From the human T2T-CHM13v2.0 reference genome, Homo sapiens, in NCBI RefSeq assembly GCF_009914755.1, contig NC_060926.1: a DNA stretch of 64,000 bases; one strand, 5' to 3'. This document shows, piece by piece, positions 16,223 to 32,070 of the stretch. Position 1 is the stretch's first letter. Each line of letters starts with the position of its first letter. Below the pieces are notes generated by a model. The model saw only the letters and a list, made by a program, of their open reading frames with translations. It was not told where the DNA came from and made no database searches. The position numbers and the translations under genes were made by a program.

Positions 16223-17911
16223 ATTACTTTCAATCTTGAGAATGAATCAGTATGGACTTGAAGTGGGTAGAACTGTAATCTCAAAAATTATGAAATCCTA
16301 TTGGTCAGATTTGAAGGTAGTAGATAGAAAAAGGGAAATGAAAAAGTGAAATGAAAACCGTATTACTATTCTTTAGGGTTTTAGATTCCTGCTTAGAGAT
16401 ACAAAGCCAGGTTTAAGAACAAAAAAAGACTAAAGCACAAAAAAAATTCAGTGATAAAGTAGATGAAGCTACATAAATTCATTGGTTCCTTTTACTGGTC
16501 AATGGATCTGATAGATCTACTTCTGAGAAAAGAAACAAAATAGCTTGGCAGTAGGGAAAGTTTCACGTTTACACGCTTTCAATGACAAACTCATTTTCTC
16601 AATGTTTGCACTCTTATTTCCAGAACTTAGGCTTTTTGTCTCTTCTGGTATTCATCAGAAAGTTGCATTTTGATCTCTTATCTTGTATTAATAAATGCTT
16701 ATCTGTCAGTAAATTCTTACCTTTAGAGTCATTAAGGGAGAGAAGAACATCAGGTGTACTTCCATTTAATCTTTTAAAGCAACATTTGAAGTCAAAGATG
16801 AATACATTCTTTACTTTCATAGAAGCTATAATTGAAAGTAGTTTCATGTCTTTTGAAAAACTATAAAAATATTACCAGAATAGAATAAAATACTTTTATA
16901 GAAACGACTCTTTAAGTTTAAATATTTTTTGGAGTTAGAACTATGAGCCAGATGCTAAGATGTTCAACTAATTTGAGGGGAGTGACCAGGAGGTCAGGAA
17001 TTGAAAGGGACCAGGCGGGAGATATGGGTAGTGCAGCCATATGGCTGAGGGTCAGAGGAGTGGGGATGACACAGGAGAGTGGAGGAGTAATAGACTGGAA
17101 AAGCACTGGGGAGTAAGGTTGTTTTTGATCATCTCCCAAACCAAAGATTTTGGCAAATCAGCAGCATTTAACATAATACAGCTTCCAGGGAAATGGTCCC
17201 TTAAACAAGAGCCAAGTGGAGGGAATATTCTGTAATCTGCAGTAATTTGCCTATTTTCTAGGAAATACAAGCTAGGTGAGTGTTGGCACATTCAGGTCAG
17301 AGAGGCTTGAAGTACAATACGGAAGAAAACTAAGGATGGCTGGGATGGGAGGAATCACAGATGACCTTTTCTCACATTTCAAACAGAAATCACATACAAA
17401 GTAGCTTTAATGCAGGCACAGGTAAGTCTTCCATTTGAGTCTGAAGTTTAAAGAATGGCCCAGGCAAAGGGCTGTAGTAGAAACTGATATCTTATCAGAG
17501 GGCACTGAGGCAGACACAGGCAGAAGTCTCTGGTTGAGTAAAAGGCCCAGTGTGTGGGCTTGCAAACAAACCTGTGCAGGTAAAGACCCAGATGAAGTAG
17601 GAGATCCACATCTAATCTACTGTGAGCTTTAGTTCTTTCCTTTCAGCAGTGTCTAGATGCTAAATGCCAATCTACTGTCTTCTGGCCTCCAGTAATGCAA
17701 ATTAGATATCCAAGACAATGTCCTTATTTTTTCCATTACTTAAATTATAGTACGATATACCTAGATAAATGTCCTTTGTTCACAATTCAGTGTGAATTTC
17801 AGTGCAATCTTTCAATCTGTAGACTTAGGGTTTTCTTTAGAGATAGCGTCTTCTACTATGACACAATTAATGCACCCCCTCCATCCTTTTCATCTTCTAG
17901 AGCTCTCATTA

Positions 17912-18240
<329 letters not shown>

Positions 18241-19097
18241 TAATTAATTAACTTTTTCCTCATTTTTTTTCCTACCTTTTGCCTCTACTTTGAAATGTTT
18301 TTCTTGTATTCTACCTTCTAGACTACTGAGGATCACTTGGATGGGAGGCGGGTTTCACTAGTGTCATCTCCAACTTCAGTTCATCCACTGAATTGTTCAG
18401 CTGTGAACAATTATGTTAGTGTGCTACATTTTTATTTTGTAAGTTCTGTTATCAGTGTTTTAAATTTGGGCTCTCAGTTGTCATTTACATGTGTTCTATC
18501 CATTCTGACTGACATTTTTAGATGATGAGATAGATGGTTAGTCCCTCTGTCTTTAACTCAGGTATAGTAATAGATGAAGCATAATAGATGGAGTGTGTGG
18601 TTGCAATTCACAATTGGTAGATTTCCAACCAGCTTTTTCTCCCCTGTAACCTGATCTCAGATACAGAAGCAGGCCTGTTGATCATTTGCACCTGAAGTAC
18701 CTGGAAGGTGTCCCTAATGGAAATCTACCTGCTCCCTGGTTTCCTTAAGTTTTCACAGTGTCAGTATCATGGAAGTCTTGATCAAATCATTTGGTTCCTG
18801 TGGGCATTTTGGGGTCCAGGGAATTAGTTAAGCTTGTTATACATAGGGTTATTGTCAAATGGTATTCTTTCCCTCCTTCCTGAAGAGGTGCTCTCTATAT
18901 ACCTCAGAGTGTCAGGGTCTTCCCAGGATATGCTACTTCTGGCTTCTAGGTTAAGGCTCCCAAATAATGTCTCCAGGTACTTGCCTGGACCACCATGAAG
19001 AAAGGCCTGCTCCAGTTATCTGTAATGAGATTCTAGAGTAAGGGTATTGATGAAATACAGGACACTCAGTTAAATGTAAGTTTCAGATAATTTTTTA

Positions 19098-19533
<436 letters not shown>

Positions 19534-19899
19534 TTAAATTTAACTGACTGAATATCCTGTATTTTTATTCCCTAAATCTGGCCACTTTAACAAAGAACTC
19601 AAGGCCGTCTTGCACACAGCTGCCTGTGGGGTCAAGCAGAAGGCTGATGCAGGAGGGGAAGCTAGGTCGATCTTGAGAAAGGAGGGGAAAAAGGTGCAAT
19701 TGTTATCACCATGTTCCCAAATCTCTTTTTCTGCAATCTCCTACTTTCCTTTCCACGTTGCCTATTATGTATATTCTGTAGAACAAACAAGACCTTATGA
19801 GGTGACCCAGAAAGTAAAAACGACTATAATAAAACCTTTTCCCATTAGAATCATGTTTCTGTGAATAAAAATATTTTAAATATTTTGGTTTCTTTTCTA

Positions 19900-20830
19900 C
19901 ATCAATGATTTTATTTTTATTATGTTAGGTCACAAAGCAAAATCTAGCAATATACTATTTAAAAAAACCACATTTAAAGTGGATAATTAAAGAAAATAAT
20001 TAAAATAAAAGGATACCAAACAAAGAGAAATAAAATATTTTTAAAAAGAAAAAGGTAAGAGTGGAAAATCAATATTAGGTTATTAGAAATTTGAGTCTAA
20101 CATCATTAAAAAGGACAAAGATGTATAAAATTTATTATAATATAATAAAGGCACAATTTTTTAAGAAACTATATTAACCATAAATTTACATATTATAAAC
20201 ATTATAGCTAAAAATCACAAAGACAAGAAATGCGAGAAATATATGACTAGAATATATGACTAGAAATATATGTATAATGGAAAGCTGCCCTATGTGCAGA
20301 GGGGCAAGTTTAGTGACCAAAAGAATACCACAATAAAGTGGATACTTTTAAAGGGGAATTATTTTTTAAAAATGAAGAGTTACGGCATTTTTCCTGAAGG
20401 GGTTATAAAACAAGGAGTGCTTTCATAGATTACTGGTGGAAATATAAAGCATTACAAGAGTTTGGAAAAGTAATTGGGCATCAGCTATCAAAATTGAACT
20501 TTCAAAAATCTTTTGACCCAGCAACCTCATTAGTGGAAATCTTTTCCATAGAAAGGAAAGCAGTAATATATGAAGTCAGATAGATAGGAATCTTTACTGC
20601 GGTACTGTTTGCAATGACAAGAGATGGAAAATAAATGAATAACCCAATATAAAAATAAAATTCTACCCTTACTAAAGAATATATATTAGTTGAAAAGAAG
20701 GAAATTACAAGAGTTATTAGCTGAGAGAGAAAATGAAAATGTAGAAAAATATATATAAAATATGATTTCATTTTATTTATTTTATATATCACTTACCATA
20801 TAAATGTGCATAGGGTTGAGTGAATAACGA
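19900..20830 (+). mobile_element. Highly degenerate old L1 (L1M/L1ME) fragments
   Basis: A-rich; contains TTTTGACCCAGCAACCTCATT..GGAAAT..ACTGTTTGCAATGACAA, similar to the L1 ORF2 3' end. Confidence 0.5.
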
Positions 20831-21841
20831 TGAATTTACCTTATATTGGTGGGTATGAGGGACTATTGCAGGTGGAAGGAGAGAGACAAAAATCAGAGGG
20901 GAGAGCCACACAGAAGATGAAAAAATGATGAATCCTACCCCACGATGAAAACATTTATAACATGATCACATATATGAACTTATGTGAACATATATATTTC
21001 CTTTTGTGTAAATCAATCAAATTAATTGGCTAATTAAAAAACTCTTTGGATCCTTGCCCAATGTATGCCATGACAGGAAAATCTTTGTTCTAGTTTTTGA
21101 TCTCAGAAGTTATCTTTCTTCTCCCTCTCCTTTGTGATTCCTTTTTATCTGTGTCTTTAATGAAAGTTGGTACCCTCAAAAATTTTGGGTCAGAAGTAGG
21201 CATCTGCTTACCAGCCGCAGATCCACACATGTTTGTTTTCAAGTTTGTTTCTCTCTTTTCCTTTCCCTCCTTCCCAAGCATTTCCTGCACAGCTCTGTGT
21301 CAGGTGTGGTAGCTCAGAAAACTCTATCACTTGATCTCACTTTTCAAGGAGCCCACAGTACAGTCAGAGACACAAGACATGTACATCCTAAAATACTGCA
21401 ACTTTAAGATAAACCAATGCAAATGCCCACCTGAGCCAGGACATAATTAAGCAACACACATACCACCTAAATAATAAGCCAAATAATACAATTCATAGGA
21501 GGGGGTATTTCCCATGGGCTGGAGTAATCGAAAGAGAATTTACTGAGGCTATTAGGACAAGAACTAGATTTCTGAAGTGTGTGGATGAGAGTAAGGAGTG
21601 TAGAAGTATTCCATGTAAGCACATCTTCTGAAAAAGAAGCCAAATACTCCCTAGAAACCAATGAAGAAACACCATGAAGAAACATTAGCATCCTGTCATT
21701 TGGTAAAAGTGTCAGCATTCAGTTTTAATGAGAGTGTCTGTCCTCAGATGCATAACTTTTTGCTAAATAAACCTATGTCCTACTGCTCACTGCACTTAGG
21801 CCTGAGAACTGGTCTACTCAATGTGAGAATTCCTTGAGCAG

Positions 21842-22050
21842 AATAATAGCTAATATTTTCTGGATTATCACTATGTTCCAGGCACTGCTGTAAGTATCCT
21901 TTTTCTCTCTCCAATACTTTTGTGAGATTGCTACTGTTATTATCTTTATTTAGAGGTGAGGAGACTGAGTCATGGGAAGGCTAATCCTTGCCCAGAGTCA
22001 CATTGTTAGTGAGAGGAAGAACTGAGATTGGAGCCTGGGCTCATAATCAC
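21842..22050 (-). mobile_element. MIR
   Basis: CTATGTTCCAGGCACTG..GAGGTGAGGAGACTGAG..CTTGCCCAGAGTCACA core. Confidence 0.75.
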
Positions 22051-23021
22051 TCTGCTGTCACTTTCAATGGTGGCCATATTACAAGGCAGTGTTAGAGTGG
22101 CTATTAGACAGGATGTGGGAACAGCTTCATTACATGAGAGTGCACGTTTAATGATACTTATAAAAATGAGATTCTAGTCATACAAACCAACTTCCTGCTG
22201 CATCAGAAAAATTCCTGTAGGACCAGTGGTAATTAATGAAAGGAATCTTTAGATTCCTTCACTAAGCAGTGTGGTGGGAATGTTCTAGGGTACACATGGC
22301 ATATATTAATACTTGCCGTAGAATTTAGACAACTGTCAGCCCATGTGGGAGCTCATATTTAAACTAATTTAAAATAAATGAGTAATTAACATTTCATGAG
22401 CTAATGAATCAAACATTTTGCTAAATGAAAAAAAAAATCATGTCTGCAATTCAGCCTTTAATCTTGACTACAATTCCTGTAATTCAATTAAAAAAAAGCT
22501 CTTCAGCCTTTGCTTGATTAAATAACACCTTTTTGTTTTTCCTCTAAAACTATCTAGATTTCCATCACACACTACCCACCTTAATACCCACTTGGGATAA
22601 TAATGCATTTTGACTTTTGTTCAGTTAGTGAATGAAATATGCTGAATATTCTTCTTAGGATCGTTTAAAATGTGCTCCATACTGAAAGTAAATCTCTCTT
22701 TGAAAGGGTAGGGAAAGGAAAGTGAGTGGGATTTAGAATAGGAGATTGCAAAAGGTCTTTCAACCTAATTGTTTAAAGATTGTTTTGCTGTTTTCTATAT
22801 ATCTATATGAACTTTATGAGGGTTTTTAAAAAAACGTTTAAGCCCTGTGCTGAGTTCTTTATACAGAATATCCAAATAGACCTCCTTGCAATATTAGGTG
22901 GCAGTATTATTACCATCCCTACTGTAAATAGACCCACACATGAATTCAACATTTATTGAGCATCTATTATATGTCAGACATTGTGTTACACTGTGACATT
23001 TCTCCCTGTCACAAGGTGGCC

Positions 23022-23510
23022 CTGCTAGAAGTCTTCACATTCCCTTCAGCTTGGCTCAACTTTCATTAGGTTACTTTATGACTCTAGGTCTCACCTCCCT
23101 TTCTCAGAGCATTTGCATTAGAAAACCTGGAATTCCTTTAAATTCTTTCTCTGTTCCTTTCAGAAGTAAATCTTCCACAACCCAGGAAAGTCTTTTTCAA
23201 GGCCCTGAGAGCCATCTCTTCCAGAGGTAATCATCAAGGAAGATGAAGCCCCTATCTCCTTATCTCTGTGGGAGGGTAGGGGCCTTTATAAGTGCCAATT
23301 AGCAAATACAGATGGCCTAGTCACATTGACCAATCTCCCTTCCCCCTAATACCCTCCAGTACTTTCCTGCTAGCTCACCCTAGTGCTTAAAAGCTCTCCA
23401 GCCTTTTGTTTCAATTGGAGTTGAGTTTAATCTCTTACCTTTATTACAATCATCTTGAATAGGCTTCCTTGCTTGTTTAACTGGTTGGGCATTTTTTATC
23501 TATAGATCCA
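23022..23510 (+). mobile_element. ERV1 solo LTR (MER67/MER31 group)
   Basis: CCTCCCTTTCTCAGAGCATTT..TAGAAAAC..CCCTATCTCC..TCTCTGTGGGAGGGTAGG..CCAATTAGCAAATACAGATGGCC. Confidence 0.65.
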
Positions 23511-25392
23511 TTCACATGGAATACATTACGAATGACTTGTAGCCCCCTGGAGTGGTACAATGTGTCATTGTGTGGCCCTGGTCAGGCTATTTTCCAAAAA
23601 TGGGGTTTGGGGGAATTAACATATGACTACTGTAAGTGCTATGTAAGAAAAGCACAAAGTACTATACGAGTTTTTAACAGTTAATTCCAACCGAAGCGTC
23701 TAGGAATACTTTTTAAAAAATAAAAGATCACATCTCATTTCCATTGGGGATCTATCTTGCGTCATAATTAGAACTGTGAAGGTGAAGACAATGTGTGTGA
23801 CTTCTAGATGGAAAGAACAAAGTGCAACCATCAAAGGGCTGTGACCACATGAGTGTGACAGAAGTAAAAGAATAAAAGGTGAACAATTGGACACTTCCCC
23901 CTTACACAAGAGAAAAGAATCAAAGGGAAGTGGTTTCTGCAAGCTGAACTTCTTGGCTACTGTGAGGCAGTAACAGTGAGTGGATGAGGGAAGAAGCCCA
24001 GTGAGTCCCTGGTTTGTTTTTCAGTCAAAAAGTGATGTTATTAGCAAAGAGGAAAATAATTCATCTACCAGTGGGTGGGCAAAGAAGCAGTAAGACAAAA
24101 CGTGAGTAGACTGGGTTTGGGGAACTTGGGGTGGAGTTCTAAATAATAGAAAAGAAAAATCTGCCGGAAATATCTCCTTAGGGTTTGTGGGTGCTTATGT
24201 GTATGAACATATTGAAAACTGTTTTTTAAGTTTTGCTAATAATTATCAATGGAATCAATCTTTTGATAGTTTTTGTAAATTTGATAAAGTTATATTTCAA
24301 ATATTATTGCTTGTTGGATGATGCTTATTTGAAAGAGACACTTACACAGGGACATAATTTTGAGGCTCCTGAGAATTACAAGGGCTTCATCAGGAACTGA
24401 AAAATGATTAGTGCCAGAGTGACTAAAATGTAGTGAGGGATGAGGAGAGCGGCATGAAATGAAACACATTAATAGAGAAGTTGGGTAAGGAAGAAGGCTG
24501 GGTGAACTCAGCTTGTAAGCAGCAGAAGCTGAATTAAAACCCAGGCCTCGGTAATGCCAAAATACGCATTTTGAACAATGAATTTAATTGAACATTAAGC
24601 AAATGAACATTAAATAAATGAGACAAAACCATTCTACTCACCTATGACTGACAGCTTTCAATTTTTCATCAGCACAACCCCAAAACTGCAATAGTAGGCC
24701 ATGGAATTTAGTATGAAGAAAATACTCAAAGCTACTAAGTAAATGGTTTTACTTAGAGACATTTTGATACAGGTATGCAATGTGTAATAATTCCATCATG
24801 GAAAATGGGGTATCCATCCTGTCAAGCATTTATCCTTTGTGGTACAATCCAATTATACTCTTACAGTTATTTAAAAATGTACAGTTAAATTATTAATGAC
24901 TATAATCACCCTGCTATGCTGTCAAATAGTAGATCTTATTTATTCTAATTTTTTTTTTTTTAATTTACCAATCTTTCCAACCTTCCCCCGACTCCCACTA
25001 CCTTCCCCAGCCTCTAGTAACCATCTTTCTTCTTTCTATCTCCATGAGTTCAATGTTTTTTATTTTTAGATCCCACAAATAAGTAAGAACATGACGTTTG
25101 TCTTTCTGTGCCTGGCTTATTTCATTTAACATAATGACCTCCAGTGTCATCCATGCTGTTGCAAAGGACAGGATCTCATTATTTTTACGGCTGAATAGTA
25201 GTAATACATGGTGGATAATTACCACACTTTCTAATCCATTCATCTGTTTATGGACACCTAGGTTGCTTTGAAATCTTGGCCATTGTGAACAGTGCTGCAA
25301 CAAACATGGAAGTGCAGATATCTCTTTGATACATTGATTTCCTTTCTTTTGGGCATATACCCAGCAGTAGAATTGCTGGATCATATGGTAGC

Positions 25393-25755
25393 TTATATGG
25401 TTTGGCAGTGTCCCCACCCAAATCTCATCTTGAATTTTAATCCCCATATTCCCTACGTGTCATGGGAGGGACCCAGTAGGAGGTAATTTAATCATGGGGG
25501 TGGTTTCCCCATGCTGTTCTCATAATAATGAGTGAGTTCTTATGAGATTTGATAGTTTTATAAGCATCTGGCATTTCCCCGGCTGGCACTCATTCTCTCT
25601 TCTGCTGCCCTGTGAAGAGGTGCCTTCCACCATGATTGTAAGTTTCTTGCAGCCTCCCCAGCCACGCAGAACTGTGAGTTAATTAAGCCTCTTTTCTTTA
25701 TAAATTACCCAGTCTTGGGTATTTCTTCATAGCAGCATGAGAATGAACTAATACA
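25393..25755 (+). mobile_element. THE1 (THE1C/D-like) solo LTR, ERVL-MaLR
   Basis: TATGGTTTGGC.GTGTCCCCACCCAAATCTCATCTTGAATT..AACTAATACA; TSD GTAGC/GGAGC. Confidence 0.92.
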
Positions 25756-28160
25756 GGAGCTCTATTTTTACTTTTCTGAGTAACTTACAAACTGTTCTCC
25801 ATAGTGGTTGTAGTAATTTACATGCCCACCAACAGTGTATGAGTGTTCCTTTATCTGCACATCCTTACCAGCGTTTGTTATTGCACGTCTTTTGGATATA
25901 AGCCATTTTAACTGGGATGAGATGATACTTTATTGCAGTTTCAATATGCAGTTCTCTGATGATCAGCGATGTTGTGCACCATTTCACATGCCTGTTTGTC
26001 ATTTGTATGTCTTCTTTTGAGAAATGTCTATTCAAATATTTTACCCATCTTTTAATCAAACTATTAAATTTGTTTCTATAGAATTATTTCACCTCCTTAT
26101 ATATTCTGGTTATTAATCATTTGTCAAATGGGTGGTTTGCAAATAGTTTCTCCCATTCTTTGGGTTGTAACATTGTCAGTTGTTTCCTTTGATGTGCAGA
26201 GCTTTTTAATGATGTGATGCAATTTGTCCATTTTTGCTTTGGTTACCTGTGCTTGTGGGGTATCACTCAAAAAATCTTTGCCCAGACCAATGTCTTTGAG
26301 AGCTTCACCAAAGTTTTCCTGAAGCAGTTTCATAGTTTGAGGTCTTAGATTTAAGTCTTTAATCCATTTTTATTTAATTTTTGTAGATGGCAAAAGATAG
26401 GGGTCTAGTGTCATTCTTGCACATATGGATATATGGTTTTCCCACCACCATTTATTGAAGAGACTTTCCTTTCCCCACTGTGTGTTCTTGGCACCTTTGT
26501 AAAAAATGAGTTAACTATAGGCTCATAGATTTATTTCTGGTTTCTCTTTTCTGTTCCACAGGTCTATGTGACTGTTTTTATGCCAGTGCCATGCTGTTTT
26601 GATTATTATATCTCTGTGGTATAATTTGAAGTCAGGTATTATGATTTCTCCAGTTTTGTTCTTTTTGCTCAGGATGGCTTTAACTATTTTGGGTGTTTTG
26701 TGGTTTCATAAAAATTTTAGGGTTATGTTTTTCTATTTCAGTAAAGCATGTTATTGGTATTTTTATAGAGATTGCATTGAATCTTTAGATTGCTTTCAGT
26801 ATTACAGACATTTTAACAATATTGATTCTTCTAATCCATGAATGAGGAATATCATTCCATTTTTTCGACGTCTTATTCAACTTCTTGCATTAATGTCTTA
26901 TAGTTTTCAATATAGAGATCTTTAAATGCTTTGGTTAAATTTATTTCTGGGTATTTTTTAAAAAGTTGTAGCTACTGTAACAGGGATAACGTTCTTGATT
27001 TCTTTTTCTGATTATTCGCTTTAGCATATAGAAATGCTACTAATTTTTGAATGTTGATTTTGTATCCTATAACTCTACTGAGTTTATCATTTTTTAATAG
27101 TTTTTTGGTAGAAACTTAAGATTTTTTCCAAATGCAAGGTCATATTATCTGCAATCAAGTATAATTTGACTTTTTGCTTTCCAATTTGGATGCCTTTAAT
27201 TTTTTTCTCTTGTTTGATTTATCTAGCTGGAATTTCCAGTGCTATGTTGAAAAACAGGGGAGGAAGTGGGCATTCTTGTCTTGTTCCAGATATGAGAGAA
27301 AAGCCTTTCAGTTTTTTACCATTCAGTTCGATACTACCTGTGGGTCTGTCTTATATGGCTTTTATTGTGTTATGTCCCTCTATATCCAATTTTTTAGGGT
27401 TTTTAATCATGAAAGGTGTTGCATTTTATCAAATATTTTTTCAGCATCAAATGAAGTGGTCGTATGGTATTTGTCCTTCATTCTGCTGATTTGATGTATC
27501 ACATTTATTGATTGGTATGTATTGAACCATCATTGAATCGCTGGGATAAATTCCACTCATTAACGATGCATGATCTTTTTAAGATGAATTCATTTGGAAG
27601 CACTTTATTGAGGATTTTTGCATCAGTGTTCATCAGGTATATTGGCCTGCAGTTTTCTATTCATTTATTTAATTTGTCTTTGTCTGGTTTTGGTATCAGG
27701 GTAATACTGGCTTCATAGAATGAGTTTGGAGGTATTCTTTCGTCATCTATTTTTTAGAATACTTTGAGTAGGATTGGTATTGGTTCTTTTTTGAATGTGT
27801 GATAAAGCAGTGAACCTGTCAGGTCCTGTTCTTGTCTTTGCTAGAAGACTTTTTAAAATGAACTTAATTGCATTAATTATTGGTCTGCTCAGGTTTCAGA
27901 TTTCTTCCTGGTTCAATCTTTGTAGGTTTTATGTGTCTACAAAGTTATCAATTTCTTCCAGGTTTTCGTTTTTTGGCACATAGTTGCTTGTAACACCCTC
28001 TAATGATTCTTTGAATTTCTGCAGTATCAGTTGTAATTTCTCACTTTTCATCTTTAATTTTATTTATTTGGGTCTTCTCTCTTTTTTTCTTAGTTAATTG
28101 GGCCAAAGTTTCATCAATTTTGTTTATCTTTAAAAACACCAAAATTTTATTTTGTTGTAC

Positions 28161-28244
28161 TTTTTTTTTTTTTTAAGACAGAGTTTCGCTCTTGTTGTCC
28201 AGGCTGGAGTGCAATGACATGATCTTGGCTCACTGCGCCTGGCC
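28161..28244 (-). mobile_element. Internally deleted Alu retaining both termini
   Basis: Minus strand GGCCAGGCGCAGTG joined directly to AGCCAAGATC...TCTGTCTT-poly(A); TSD TTTGTTG(TA/GT)C. Confidence 0.85.
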
Positions 28245-28647
28245 TTTGTTGGTCTTTTATATTGCTTTTATTCATTTTAATTTCATTTTTTTCTGTTCTG
28301 ATTTTCACTATTTCTTTTCCTATACTAATTTTGAGTTTGGTTTGCTCTTGCTTTTCTAGCTCTTTAAGATGCACCATTAGGTTGTTTATTGAAAATTTTT
28401 CTACTTTTTTGACATAGGTGCTTACTGCTGTAAACTTTCCTCTTCGTACTACTTTTATTATACCTCACAGGTTTTGATATACTGTGTTTCAATTTTCACT
28501 TGTTTCAAGAAATTTTTAAGTTTCTATCTTAATTTCTTCATTGACCCACTGGTCATTCAGGAGCAGACTGTTTAATTACCATATGGTTGTGTAGTTTACA
28601 AAATTCCTCTTGTTATTGATTTCTAGTTTTATTCCATTGTGATCTGA

Positions 28648-30045
<1,398 letters not shown>

Positions 30046-30592
30046 TCAGAGAAGGTATTTGATATAATTTAATTTTTTGTTGAATTTTTAAGACTTGTTC
30101 TGTGGTGTTACATATGATCTATCCTTGAGAATGATCTATATGCTGAGGAGAAGTATGTGTATTCTGTGGCCACTGGATAAAATGTTCAGTAAATATCTAT
30201 TAAGTTCATTTGGTATGTAGTGCAGATTAAGTGTGATGTTTCTTTGTTGATTTCTGTCTGAATAATCTGTCCAATGCTGAAAGTGGAGGTGTCGCAGTTT
30301 CCAGCTACTATTGTATTGGGCTCTATCTCCTTCTTTAGTTTTAACAATAGTTGCCTCATGTATCTGGATACTTTAGTGTTGGGTGCTCTTATAGTTGTTA
30401 TATCCTCTTGCTGAATTGACGCGTTTATCACTATATAATGACCTTCTTTGTCCCTTTATAGTGTTTATCTTGAAATGTACTGAAAATATTTTATCTGATA
30501 TAAGTATAGCTACTCCTGCTCTTATTTGGTTTCCATTTTCGTGGCATTTTTTTAATATTACTATTTTTCTCAGTTCCTGTGTGTCTTTATAG

Positions 30593-30961
<369 letters not shown>

Positions 30962-32027
30962 CCACTCTATCTTTTGATTGGAGAGTTTAGTCCACTTATA
31001 GTCAATATTGTTATTTTTCAGTAAGGACTTCCTCCTGCCATTTTGCTATTGTTTTCTGGTTGTTTTGTGGCCTTCTCTTCTTTATTTTCTTCCTTCATGT
31101 CCTCTTTGGAGTGAAGGTGATTTTCTCTGATAGTATGCTTTAATTTCTTGCTTTTTATATTCTGTGTCTGTTGTACATTTAAATGTTGTATTTTTAAATT
31201 TGATGTTACCATGAGGCTTGCAAATAATATCTTATAACCCATAATTTTAAACAGAGGACAACTTAATACTAATTGCATAAACAACAAACAAACAAAGAGA
31301 GACAAAATTCTTAAAACTCTACATTTCCATTTTATATCCCTGCTTTTTTAACTTTTTTTTGTCTCTATATCGTATTTTACTGTGTATGTCTTGAAAGGTT
31401 GTTGTGGTTATTATTTGGATAGATTCATCTTTTGGTCTTCCTACTCAAGATATGAGTAGTTTACACACCACAACTTCAGTGTTATAATTTTTTTTGTTTT
31501 TCTGTGTACTTATTATTACTAGTGAATTTTGTACCTCTCGGGTGATTTTCTTATTGTTCATTAATGTTATTTTCTTTCAGATTGAAGAACTCCCTTTAGC
31601 ATTTCTTGTAGAATGAGGTTGATGTTAATTAAATCCCTCAGTTTTTGTTTGTCTGGGAAAGTCTTTATTTTAGCTTCATGTTTGAAGTATATTTCCATTG
31701 GATATAATATTCTATGTTAATAGGGCTTTTTTTTCATTTGGCACTTTAAATATGTTATGCCACTGTCTTCTGGCCTGTAAATTTCCACTGTGAAGTCGCT
31801 GACAGATGTATTGGAGTTCCTTTGTATGGTATTTGTTTCTTTTCTCTTGCTACTCTTAGGATTGTTTTTCCTCCTTGATCTTTGGGAGTTTTATTATCAA
31901 GTGTCTTGAGGTACTATTATTTGGGTTATATCTGCTTGGCATTCTATACCCTTCTTATACTTGAATATTGCTATCTTTCCCTAGGTTTGGAAAGTTCTCT
32001 AGTATTATTCCTTTGAATAAACTTTCT

Positions 32028-32070
32028 TTTTTTTTTTTTTTTTGAGATGGAGTGTTGCTCAGTCGCCCAG
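32028..32070 (-). mobile_element. Severely 5'-truncated Alu (27 nt plus poly(A))
   Basis: T-run followed by GAGATGGAGTGTTGCTCAGTCGCCCAG, between perfect 14-bp repeats TGAATAAACTTTCT. Confidence 0.9.
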
